NCBI GenBank assembly: GCA_965235115.1
Contig: OZ249436.1
Coordinates: forward strand, 22,446,001 to 22,510,000
Origin: Laetmonice hystrix
Taxonomy: Eukaryota
Direction: 5' to 3'
DNA length: 64,000 bases
The notes under the pieces were generated by a model that saw only the letters and a program-made list of their open reading frames with translations, searched no databases and had not been told where the DNA came from. The position numbers were made by a program, and so were the translations under genes. This document shows, in pieces, positions 46,867 through 59,302 of the stretch (the stretch's first letter is position 1; the number at the start of each line of letters is the position of its first letter).

Positions 46867-49231
46867 CTGGCGTCAACACTACGTCCATTAGTGCATAAAA
46901 TAACCGCTAGGGAATCCGCCACAAACCCTCGCTACGCCACTAGAATACCTTACAATACTTAGCAAAATGGTATAGGCTACTTTTCATTCTAGTTTTAATT
47001 CTTCACAACCTTCCCCACCCAACCCCCAGGCGCTGTCTTTTAGGTGCGCAATCGTGGGTCGCACCATAGGCTAAACGCCTCAAATCATGAGGTGCGCGGA
47101 AAAAGACACACCTAACATAGGAAGATAGCTTGTCTTGATAGTAAATTATTTTAGTAAATGATCATGAGCAGCCAGACAGCCAGTTCCTCTTTGGTCAGCT
47201 GCTTAGTAGATCTATACACCATCCGCCATCAGTTGATCACTTAAGGATATTGGTTTGATAGCTTTCTTATAGGTTACCTTGAGGAAAAGAAAAGCTTTAT
47301 TTTATGAACTGCTCGTATTGACACGGAGAAACTCAAAATCGCAGATAGGCGCAACACGTCTTTCTTCACTGTTCGCTATTGCCCAAGCGCTGGCAACGCG
47401 GTGCGCTTGCACCGACTTTGGCGTCGCTAGGGAGCTTGTAGGTGGCGCTATAGTAGTTCGGAAAATGGTCTATTTGTAAGCTCACTGACAGTTGGGCTCA
47501 AGTCAGTGAACTGCCGTGACGTAACGGGTAAGAATAAAGATATAGAATCCCCCACGGCCGTATTCCTCCCACACCGTAGCGTTACGAAAACGGAAGTCCT
47601 TCCACCGGACTATTCGGCAGCCTATACTGACTTGTGCCGACAGGGCTAGCCGTTGACTCTCCCCTATACCTACACTAGCGTGTTAGGGTCGTTGGCGATC
47701 TCTTAGAGATTTTGCAAAATCCCTTCAAATAAAGAAACGGTACCGATTCATATCTTTACGAATACATGATTACTTCCCTTTACATCTGACGGCGTGCAGC
47801 GCACAGTTTAGAAGGTAATGCGCTCCTTCTGTAATATATTACGGCCGTTTTTATATACTGAACCGAGGATTCATTCGAGTCCGCCATTGTTGTTTGTCGG
47901 TACTGCGCATGTGCAAATGGAACCGACTTTCTTTCAAAATGGCGACGGAGGAGGAGCTGAAATGGCTTGAAACCGCGGTTTCAATTTACAAAAAAAGGCC
48001 CGTACAGTCAAAATCACCTTTGGAATAGACGATGTCTTGCACGATGATTTAGCGAAATCTATGCACATTAACATGGGCTTTTCATTGTAAGTAGACATCG
48101 CGACAGGGGGTTGAAATCGGCGTTGAAACCGAGCCAACCGACGCATTTGGTAAATTCTCTATGGCTTGTCCATTATCCTTAACGCGGAGCTGTTAAGGGT
48201 ACCCACGTCTAACTGACAGATATCTATTTTAATTCTCATTTTTGGATAATTCAATTTTAATGTCTATCGGCCTCATTACCATAAGACTGGAGTGAGCAAT
48301 GTTTTAATTTTTTTCAGAAAAGACGATGAGAGTTAATAGGCCTACTGCATGACGTACGAGGAGAGGGTAATAATCAACAAACGAATTACAAAGAGGTCCT
48401 CTGTTGGGAAACAATGGAACTGTTGAACACATCTGTGAACAATACGTATTTTCATCAAAATTCGTATTTTATTTCGCGGATTCTTGGTACACAAATCCAG
48501 GCAAATTATTCTGATAGACCTGACAACGTGAAGCAATGGTCAGAAATGCATACAAATCTAAAAGCATGAGAGTGATCGGTTAACCCCGCTCCTTTCTGAA
48601 CCACTCGGCCATTCTTCTCCCGTAAACTTGATCTCTTCTGGAGCTTCCTTTTATCTGAACGTCCCAATACCTTACTGTGCTGTCCCTCCAATGCCTTTCA
48701 AGTAATCAGTTCCTTTCAAAACAGAATAGAAATCACCGAAACCTAAAATAATCTTAGATAAGCAATGGACATTACAGAGATATTATCGTACTCATTGACT
48801 TATACCCGTCACCCAAACAGGTCGTCCTGCATGTGGTAATGTATTATCAAAAAGCCTATCATTTAGCCATTAATGGACGATTAAAAATATACTCGATTAT
48901 ATTTCTAGACCGTTTCATATCATTTGGTGGTAGTGTTTTATTCATGTAAATTATGTAATAAAAAAGGCTCTTGTAGACATATCTTTCTCCCCAACGTGCA
49001 TCATGCATGGGTTGATCACTGGGGCTCAATGCCACTCAGTAATGCTGGGGTGACTTTGATTTTATAAACTCGGCGATAAACTGCTGTTAACTCCAAGATA
49101 ATATGAACTCCAGCATTAGTCATAGCGAGGATTATTTCATGCCTTCTTTCTCAGTGATCGTAGACTTGACGACACTCGTTGTTTCAAACTGTTTCATGGT
49201 ATCGTCAGCAGCCTATTGGGAGTGCAACCCA

Positions 49232-49638
49232 CTAGCCTGAAAATATCAAGAGAAAAACTGACATGTATTAGATTTATGACATTACAATTAAGATGTCACT
49301 TTTTAAATGCATCATTTTTTTTCAAGTGCCTCATTTGGGGGTTAGACGCTGCCAATAATGATCCCCTTGTGCGACCCCTATCTATGAAGACATATTTTAG
49401 ATTTCGTACCGTAATATGTTCTACTGGATGTTCTACGTGGTGGATAATAATATGACCGGCCGGATCTGGGTGTGTATCGCGAAGGTCGGTATGTCCGGAA
49501 TCTGAATCTGAATGGCGTCCGGCGGAATCTGTATGACCGGGATGAGCGCCGGGATGTCGCACTGCCCCTCCGATATTCCGTGCCCATCACGGCTCCGATG
49601 AGGAGCATGGCCACAAGGAGACACACAAGGACACGCAT
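49232..49638 (-). CDS. Putative secreted Arg/Tyr/Ser-rich cationic peptide precursor, 77 aa; exons 49638-49410 and 49236-49232
   Basis: Acceptor ttttccag upstream of 49651 and Kozak-like gccaacATG. Signal peptide MRVLVCLLVAMLLIGAVMG. Donor G|gtacga at 49409 and acceptor tttttctcttgatattttcag at 49237 give ...RTYYG-stop. AATAAA lies at 48942-48937. Confidence 0.7.
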
Positions 49639-50042
49639 GTTGGCTGAACACCTGGAAAATTATTAAAGTTACCAATGATAGCGGCAGGTAGTATTAGCCT
49701 GCATATCGAATTTACAAGTCCTGGGCCTGCTCGAAGTCAGGCACCCGCCGGCCTGCATGCTGGATATCAGCCCACCGCTGTTTTTGTGTCGGGAACTCGG
49801 CATTTATTTAGTAAATAAACGCTAGTAGATCTAAAGCCGTGCTCTCACGGTGCGATTTTCATTTTGTCGGCGACGTTTTTATGTCGGCGACATTTGGAAC
49901 CGATATCGGACGGGCAAGACCTTACGATGAAACTGCTCACATGACGCAACGTCGATTTATGTTGCGCGGCTGATTTCTGCCTGGCGCTGAAATCAGCCGC
50001 GCTGTGAACCCTGGGAGAGAATGGTTGCCACGGCGACACACA

Positions 50043-50412
50043 ATGGCGGCACACTCAAAGTTCACCGATATGAGGGAGAGGCAGAAGACGAGGAGGAGGA
50101 GGAAAATCGCGATTTTGGGGGCAGCATGGATTGTGCAGACCTGGTGTGAGAAGACCAAAAGGATGTGGGTCCGGAATTGGTTCAGGAAGAGGCCAAGTTT
50201 GGGGGCATACGACACTCTAATGAGTGAACTAAGAGATGGGGACAACGCCAATTATGGTGGTGATTTCCTCAATTTCATGAGGATAACACCTGAGCTATTC
50301 GACCATCTGGTCGAACTTGTCACCCCCGTCATACGAAGAGAAAACACCAATATGAGGGAAGCCATCTCCCCTGGCATGCGACTAGCCATTACACTGCGAT
50401 ATTTGGCAACAG
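50043..50412 (+). CDS. PIF/Harbinger transposase, first exon (rest displaced by the HINE nest)
   Basis: MWVRNWFRKR..GAYDTLMSEL...FLNFMRITPELFDHLVELV...NTNMREAISPGMRLAITLRYLATG is a typical HARBI1-like N-terminus, followed by a G|gtcagt donor. A probable left end lies after TAA at 49835. Confidence 0.82.
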
Positions 50413-52596
50413 GTCAGTATACTATATTGATCAATTTAATAATACCGGTACATGAAGTACGAAAATTATCTGTCACAATCACACATCATGTGTAAAAAAA
50501 TTTAAAGCATGCTCCAGATTTAATAATAAAGCACAAGAAAAACGTCCTTATGTATGCATAGCAATACATGTGTAGTAATACATGTGTAATTGTTATTATC
50601 CCATCCCCTACAGGGGGATGGGATCTTCAGATTGTACGGTTTCGTCTTCCCTATTATTATCCCATCCCCCGTCAGGGGATGGGATCTTGAAATTGTCTGG
50701 TTTCGTCTTCCCTATTATTATCCCATCCCCCGTCAGGGGATGGGATCTTGAAATTGTCTGGTTTCGTCTTCCCTATTATTATTCTTTGCGTCGTAGTAGT
50801 AGTAGGAGTTAAGACATTTCGTCTATCTCAGTCATTTTTCAAGATATGTCAATCAAACTTGGCACACGTCTTGACCATGACAAAGTCAGGTCACACAATC
50901 AATCATCACGTCACGTCACGTCACATCATGACGTCATGACGTCAAACGTGTCTTGCACATTGGGGCCATTTTTTTAAAGTCTTATTCGAAATTTTCAAAA
51001 CCCATCATGGCGTTTTAATCAGGCAAGGGTCCTGTCTCAAGTTGACCCTTCATTTGACCTTTGACCTTTGACCTTAAGGAGAACTGGCTACTGGGTCAGA
51101 ATCGGATTAAATCGCTACCCCTTCGCCATTTCTGGGAAGAATTTGACAATATCTGGCAATAACCCTCTACATCGAAAGGTCCAAAACATACAAAGAGGGA
51201 TTAGCGATTTGACCTATATTTACTGAACCACGTGACCTTAAAGTTTTTAACAGCGGTCAGTTTAGATATTTATGGGTATAACTTTTAAATGGTGCCAGAC
51301 AGGGCCATAGTTACTATTGAACATGAATAGGAAGTCATATATGATCTTTCATTATACACCTTCATTTTCCAGGTCACGTGACCTATGACGTCATAAGGGT
51401 GTCATTGACATTTTCTCAGGGCTTTAACTTGTAAACGGTGCCAGATAGAGCCATAGTTACTCTTGAACACAAATAGGAAGTCATATATGGTCTTTCATTT
51501 GACACCATTATTTTGGAGGTCACGTGACCTATGACGTCATAAACGTCACTTATATTTTCCCCGGGCCATAACTTGTAAATAGTTGAAGATAAAGCCATAG
51601 TTACTATTAAACACTAATAGGAAGTCATATATACTCATTTATTATACACCTTCATTTTCCAGGTCACGTGACCTATGACGTCAGAGCAAGGTCGCCAATA
51701 TGTTCTCAGGTCTATAACTTGTAAACGGTGCCAGATAGGGCCATAGTTACTATTGAACACGAATAGGAAGTCATATATGGTCTTTCATTTGACACCATTA
51801 TTTTTTGGGTCACGAATAGGAAGTCATATATGGTCTTTCATTTGGCACCATTGTTTTGTAAGTCACGTGACCCATGACGTCTTAACGACGTCACCTATAT
51901 TTTCCAGGGCCATAACTTGTAAATGGTTGAAGATAGAGCCATAGTTACTATTAAACACTAATAGGAAGTCATATATACTCCTTCATTATACACCTTCATT
52001 TTCCAGGTCACGTGACCTATGACGTCATAAGAATGTCATTGGCATTTTCTAAGGACTATAACTTGTAAATGGTTGAAGTTTGAGCCATAGTTACCAGTAA
52101 ACCCTAATATGAAGTCATATATACATGCTCTTTCATTATGCACCCACAATTTTCCAGTGACGTGACCTATGACGTCATAGCAAGGTCGCCAATATTTTCC
52201 CAGGGCTATAACTTGTAAACTGTGCCAGATAGGGACATAGTTACTATTGAACACGAATAGGAAGTCATATATGATATTTCATTTGGCACTATTGTTTTGT
52301 ACGTGACGTGACCTATGACGTCATAAGGAAGTCACCTATATATTCCCTGGGCTATAACTTGTAAATGGTTGAAGATGCAGCCATAGTTACTATGACGTCA
52401 TAAGGATGTCATAAATATTCTCTCAGGGTCATAACTTGACACCTTACCTGGCACTTCCCAAACACCACTGCCTATTACAGATGTGTCGGGAAATGTCTGC
52501 CTTGAACGTAACTCTACTCAAACTCAATATCAGAAAGGACATGTCACCCCGGGGATGGGATCCATCGTGGTCTCGCCACGACATGACTAGTTATTA

Positions 52597-55500
52597 TTAT
52601 CCCTTCCCCCGATAGGGGAAGGGATCTTGAAATTGTCTGGTTTCGTCTTCCTTATTTTTATGCCTGTAGTAGTAGTAGTCGTAGTAGTCGTAAACCTATA
52701 CGTATATCTCAGTCATTTTTCAAGATATCTCAATGAAACTTGGGCTACGTCTTCACGATGACAAACTCTGATCTCATGGTGCGTCATGACGTCACGTAAC
52801 GTCACGTCATGACGTCATGACGTGAAACGTGTTGTGTACATTAAAGCTCATTTTTGAACCTCATCTTGGGAATTTCGAAAATCCGTCATGGCATTTTAGT
52901 CGGGCAAGGGTGCTGCATAAGTCTGACCCTTCATTTGACCTTTGACCTTTGAACTTAGAGAGACCTGGTCCCTAGCTCGTAAATCGGTTAAATCATTACT
53001 TCTTCCCCATTTTTGGATAAATCTTGACAATATTTCGCAGAGGCACTCTCTAGGGACAGCTCCAACAGATTCCTCGGTGGATAAGCGATTTGACCTATTT
53101 TCGCTGAACCACGTGACCTGAAAGTTTTGAACTTGGGCTTGACTTAGGTCATTTCGAAGATTCTGTGCTGTAACTCTTGAATGATTTGAGACAGAGCCAT
53201 AATTCTTAATGAACCTTAGAAAGTTTTATGTCTACTTTAATTAGGTACCATATTTTTTGTGCCACGTGACTTGTGACGTCATATACAACGTCATCTACAA
53301 CGTCATCTCTTTCTTAATTTTTGGGCACGTCTCAACTACAGGACAATAAGCTCAGCGTTTTAATATTTACACGGTGTGGACTTTAAACTGTCTACTTTAA
53401 GATAATATAAATTTCAATTGGCAAAATATATAATTAACAATACGGAGATCAATTATATAAGAGAAGGTTGTGAAGAGAGACAGCCAATTTGACCACTGAT
53501 CGAGTGACCTAGAAACCTGGTTTCGTGAGTGATGTCGGGGCCTCGCTCGGTGTCCGCGTGATGGGCCGACTGTGGACGCTGAGCCTATCGCCCTCTGTAT
53601 TAATAAGTATCTAATATTTCTGCCTAAAACTATGGGGAGTACTTCAAGTAGATATTTAGCTCAATGTCAGGCAACTTTGAAGAGGAGATTCCAAGTCTCG
53701 GAATGGAACTCGCCATGTGAAGACCGAAGCTATTTACTAACAAAACTCAGTTAAATCCAATGGCGTTCTCCATAGTAAGTCCACACTGCAGAGACTGAGA
53801 GAGTGAGTGGTGTATATGCTGTATATTTCGTCATTAAACGTGAAATATAGCTGTAAATTATCTGTAGCCGAATGACTGGCAATTGTAAAGGGGAGAAACA
53901 TAATATTTTTCAAATTCAGTCGAAAAACAACATCAAAACGAAAACAGCAAATGACTTGATGGGGAATCGAACGCCAGACCTGTCGCACATCAAGCATATA
54001 CTTTTCTGAAGAGCTATGACTTTCTGTTTAATGCTATGGCTTTGAATTGCTACTGCTGCCTGTCTTTGTAAATATTTAATGTAGACTTTTGCTTTGAAAG
54101 TCGATGTATAGATTAAACATTTATAGCTTTTTGTGTGTAACGTTTTAAAAAGTATGGCTGCGTTTTGGCTAAGGAAATGGCTAGAGTAAGAAATCAAAAA
54201 ACCATCTTGTTAGCACACAATCAACCGTGGGGGGGGGGGGCGAAGTTTGACACCAGGTAGCAGCACGTCTCGACTATACACTGTCCTCACGCTAGCGGGC
54301 CGGGCCCTGGCGGTGGCAGATGGAGTGAGCAGTGCTACTATAAGATACAATCCCTGACCCTGTTCCTTTGCCTCCATCGAGGTTGTGAATAAACATATTG
54401 TATTGTATTGGATTGAGAATATCTGGGCCAGGGATGGTCACATATCAATATGTCGGCTAAATATCAGGGACCCCCTACCTTCCCCATATTGGGACTAGTA
54501 TTATCGGGGACCCCCTTCCTCCCACATGGCGATATTGTGGCAGCCCATGACCCGGGATATTGCCAGGGGGGGGGGGGGGGGGGTGCGACCAGGTGCTAAA
54601 CTTTGAAACAAGAGAAATGGCATGTGACATTGAATTTGGGTCATAGCCATTTTTGAGAAACAAATGACTGTAACTCTGAAACGGTATTATAGAGCCATGG
54701 TTACTTTTCAATATGAATAGTAAGTCTTAGATACTCTTTCAATTGACACCAACATTTTTACCTATCGTGACGTATAAACTATGACGTCATAGTGACGTCA
54801 TTCACATTTTCTAAGGATTTTCAGTGGTCTGTAAATGGTGCTAGATAGGACCATAGTTACTATTAAACACGAATAGGAACTTATAGATGCTCTTTCAAAT
54901 GACACCAAGATTTACGTCATATGACGTGACGTCATTACGTAATTTGGTGTTTTGGGAAGTACCTCATTGTGCCTCATTGTACCAGTCCCATGATCAGAGA
55001 AAATTCATTCATAGCACTTAGCTTGCCACTTGAGAGGGAATAATTTTATTCATCAATTTGACCTCTGACCTTTGACCTTCTTGAAATCTAGGTCACAGCT
55101 CAAAATGTTACTAATTCGCCTCAACTCCAACAATTTTTGACAAATCGAGCCCAAATTTATACCAGGGAATCTCCATGGGGTTTCCCAGATCCCCGGGATC
55201 AGACTAAGGGCTGTGCACTATTTTTAGCATACCATGTGACATCGAAATTGGGTCATAGCCATTTTTGAGAAACAAATGGCGGTAACTCTGAAACGGTGTA
55301 AGATAGAGCCATGGTTACTACTGAACATGAATAGGAAGTCATATATGCTCTTTCGAATGCCACCAACCTTTTTGACCTATCATCACGTATGACGTCATAA
55401 TGACGTCATTGCCATTTTCTAAGGATTTTCAGAGGCCTGTAACTCCTAAACGATGCTAGATACGATCATAGTTACTATTGAACCCGAATAGGAACTCATA

Positions 55501-55831
55501 GATGCTCTTTCAGTTGCCACCAAGACTTATGACGTCGTGTGACGTATAACGTCATAATGACGTCATAATACATCAATGCCTGTTGTGCCATTGTTATAGC
55601 CATACTAATCGCCATGTCTGGTTTTGGGCTAGGTACACGTCATGGCTAGGTACACGTCATGTAGTTGTACACGTCATGGCTAGGTGCACGTCATGTACAT
55701 AAATGGGAAATGGGATCTGGTGTTGCCTAGCAACACCTATTGCCTCGTTATCATTATTATTTTATTATTGCTTCATTGTTCCTCGTCAGGGGAAGGGATC
55801 CCTGTATTGCTTTAGCAATCAGTCGGGCTAG
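52597..55831 (+). mobile_element. HINE family Y copy; a diverged inverted copy lies at 38133-41812
   Basis: Same head (atcccttcccc..ggggaagggat), cargo and 3' end (attgctttagcaat..gggctag) in opposite orientation. Confidence 0.82.
54274..54414 (+). mobile_element. ~140-bp retroposed fragment (5'-truncated LINE 3' end or SINE) with AATAAA and (TATTG)n tail; inverted copy at ~39995-40135
   Basis: Ends gtgaataaacatattgtattgtattggattg and interrupts cagcacgtctcga/gaatatctgggcc. Confidence 0.55.
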
Positions 55832-58479
55832 TTATTCTTTGCGTCGTAGTAGTAGTAGTAGGAGTTAGACATTTCGTCTATCTTCGTCTATCTCAGTCAT
55901 TTTTCAAGATATGTCAATCAAACTTGGCACACGTCTTGACCATGACAAAGTCAGGTGACACAATCAATCATGACGTCACGTCACGTCACATCATGACGTC
56001 ATGACGTCAAACGTGTCTTGCACATTGGGGCCATTTTTTTTAAAGTCTTATTCGAAATTTTCAAAACCCATCATGGCGTTTTAATCAGGCATGGGTTCTG
56101 TCCCAAGTTGACCCTTCATTTGACCTTTGACCTTTGACCTTAGGGAGAACTGGCTCCTGGGTCAGAATCGGGTTGAGTCGCTACCCCATCCCCATTTCTA
56201 GGTAAAATTTGACAATATCTGGCATTACCACTCTACATGGAAAGGTTCAAAACATACAAAGAGGGATTAGCGATTTGACCTATATTTACTGAACCACGTG
56301 ACCTTAAAGTTTTCAACAGCGGTCAGTTTAGATGTTTATGGGTATAACTTGTAAACGGTGCCAGATAGTGCCATAGTTACTATTGAACATGAATAGGAAG
56401 TCATATATGGTCTTTCATTATACACCATTATTTTGTAGGTCACGTGACCTATGACGTCATAACGACGTCACCTATATTTTCCCAGGCCCATAACTTGTAA
56501 ATGGTTGAAGATACTGCCATAGTTACTATTAAACACTAATAGGAAGTTATATATGCTCTTTCATTATACAACTTCATTTTCCAGGTCGCGTGACCTATGA
56601 CGTCATAAGGATGTCATTGACATTTTCTCAGGGCTATAACTTGTAAACGGTGCCAGATAGGGCCATAGTTACTCTTGAACACGAATAGGAAGTCATATAT
56701 AGTCTTTCATTTGATACCACTATTTTTTGGGTCACGTGACCTATGACGTCATAATGGCGTCACCTATATTTTCCCAGGGCCATAACTTGTAACTGGTTGA
56801 AGATAGAGCCATAGTTACTATTAAACACTAATAGGAAGTCATATGTTCCCTTTCATTATACACCTTCATTTTCCAGGTCACGTGACCTATGACGTCAGAG
56901 CAAGGTCGCCAATATGTTCTCAGGGCTATAACTTGTAAACGGTGCCAGATAGGGCCATAGTTACTATTGAACACGAATAGGAAGTCATATATGGTCTTTC
57001 ATTTGGCACCATTGTTTTGTAGGTCACGTGACCCATGACGTCTTAACGACGTCACCTATATTTTTCCAGGGCCATAACTTGTAAATGGTTGAAGATTGAG
57101 CCATAGTTACTAGTAAAACCCAATATGAAGTCATGTTCTTTCATTATGCACCCATTTTCAAGTCAAGTGACCTATGACGTCATAGCAAGGTCGCCAACGG
57201 TGCCAGATAGGGCCATAGTTACTATTGAACATAAATAGGAAGTCATATATGGTCTTTCATTTGGCACCATTGTTTTGTAGGTCACGTGACCCATAACGTC
57301 TTAACGACGTCACCTATATTTTTCCAGGGCCATAACTTGTAAATGGTTGAAGATAGAGCCATAGTTACTATTAAACACTAATAGGAAGTCATATGTTCCC
57401 TTTCATTATACACCTTCATTTTCCAGGTCACGTGACCTATGACGTCAGAGCAAGGTCGCCAATATGTTCTCAGGGCTATAACTTGTAAACGGTGCCAGAT
57501 AGGGCCATAGTTACTATTGAACACGAATAACTTGTAAATGGTTGAAGATTGAGCCATAGTTACTATGACGTCATAAGGATGTCATAAATATTCTCTCAGG
57601 GTCATAACTTGACACCTTACCTGGCACTTCCCAAACACCACTGCCTATCACACATGTGTCGGGAAGTGTCGGCCTTGAACGTAACTCTACTCAAACTCAA
57701 TATCAGAAGGGACATGTCACCCCGGGGATGGGATCCATCGTGGTCTTGCCACGACATGACTAGTTATCCCGTTCCTCCGACTGAGGAACGGGATTCTGAA
57801 ATTGTACGGTTTGGGTGTACACTATTATTATTGTCGTAGTAGTAGTAGTAGTTGTAGTTAAGGTCTGGTGAATATCTCCCTCAGTTTTCAAGATATCTGG
57901 ATGAAACTTTCAGGCTAGATACATCATGACATGGAGACCTCAACATATGATGGAATATGTCATATGACGTCATGACGTCATGTTATGACGTATTATATTC
58001 GGCAACTTTGAGATCACGTGGTACACTTCCAGTCAGAGATAGACAAAACTTATTCATGTCATCTCACTTAGGACTTGTACCTTTATCATTTACCACATAC
58101 ATTTGACCTTTGACCTTTGACCTTTCTGACATACAAGTCAAGCCATAGAAAACAGTCAAAATCTATCTACTCCTTCATTTTTTGCAGAATCTTCTCCAAA
58201 TTTAATTTATAGCTTCGTCATAGTGGGGCGGATCGATTAATGGCATTTTTTTTAAATATGACGTCATATCGCTGAGTCACGTGACTTTGAATTTTGTCAA
58301 TTTTGCATGTAATGAGGAATTTCGTGGAATTTCGTGGATATCTAATGATAATGGCATAATTCTCTTCCACTAGGCATCCTTTATAAGCTTGCTATGACGT
58401 AACGATGGTATGACGTAACACACAGTTATCTACCACTATGGTGATTCATTTACAGCAACACTCAACAAATTGAGTGTGC

Positions 58480-58551
58480 GCCCGGATGGCTCAGTGATAG
58501 AGTGTATGATCTTCATGCCAGAGGTCTCGGGTTCGAATCCCACCTGTGACA
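58480..58551 (+). pseudogene. tRNA-derived (Lys-like) sequence inside a HINE
   Basis: gcccggatggctcagt (A box) ... gggttcgaatccc (B box), followed by a T-run. The stems pair poorly. Confidence 0.55.
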
Positions 58552-58733
58552 AAAGATTTTTTTCATTTATTTATATATGTTCTACCTCCGGTAATCTTGG
58601 TAAATAGCTCTCGTACAATAGGGGACCTTTATAAGCCTGGTATGGCGTCTCCCCGGTATGATGTAATTCATCGTTCTTTACTTCTATGCCAATGGTCATT
58701 CATTTATTGCAGGACTCTACAAATTCTGTGCGT

Positions 58734-58805
58734 GCACGGATGGTGCAGTGGTAGAGAGTAGGACTTTCATGCTAAGGGTCGTGGGTTCGAATCCTACCCA
58801 TGGCA
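58734..58805 (+). pseudogene. Second tRNA-derived sequence inside the same HINE
   Basis: tggtgcagtgg (A box) and agggtcgtgggttcgaatcc (B box). Confidence 0.55.
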
Positions 58806-59302
58806 TGATTTAAAAAAAAAAATTCTACTTAGTTCCTAATTACTTTGGTCATGAATTTACAGAAACACAAAATATGTGTGTGAACAGATGTGTGGGAATT
58901 TTATGACAAGGGTATTGCCTTCAAATCCCACCTATGTCAAACCTTTTTTGGGTATTCATTTTTATATTTTTTATTTTAAAGAAATTTTTGTGTACACAGG
59001 TGTCTAAGTGGTCTGTCGGTACCCTATGCTCATTACTGGTCAAAATGCATCTACTCCCTCATTTTTTGGAGAATCTTCTCCAGATTTGGAATATACCTTC
59101 CCCACAGTCTTTCTCTTGTAACCCTATGCTCATTATTGGTATGACTCACTTGCTTTCATGCTATACAGAACCTTTCTAAAAACATCCATAGAGGAACGGG
59201 ATACCTGATTGCCTGCAATCTGCATGTCTAGTTATTATTATTATCCCATTCCCCTGTACAGGGGAATGGGATTTTGAAGTTGTCGTGTTTGCGTGTACTT
59301 TA

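Noticed and set aside
47500..48030. Promoter-like cluster (CGGAAGT, TGCGCATGTGCA, AAAATGGCG) with a short ATG ORF
   Set aside because: The ORF stops after ~29 codons with no recognisable product, so no gene can be supported.
50597..50780. Regularly spaced ~61-bp palindromic repeats resembling a CRISPR array
   Set aside because: No unique spacers or cas genes; they are stacked HINE heads in eukaryotic DNA.
52443..52453. CTTACCTGGCA matching the U1 snRNA 5' end (also at ~57616)
   Set aside because: The match is only 11 nt, with no further U1 sequence or Sm site.
58480..58805. Functional tRNA genes
   Set aside because: Acceptor and anticodon stems do not pair properly; reported as tRNA-derived pseudogenes.
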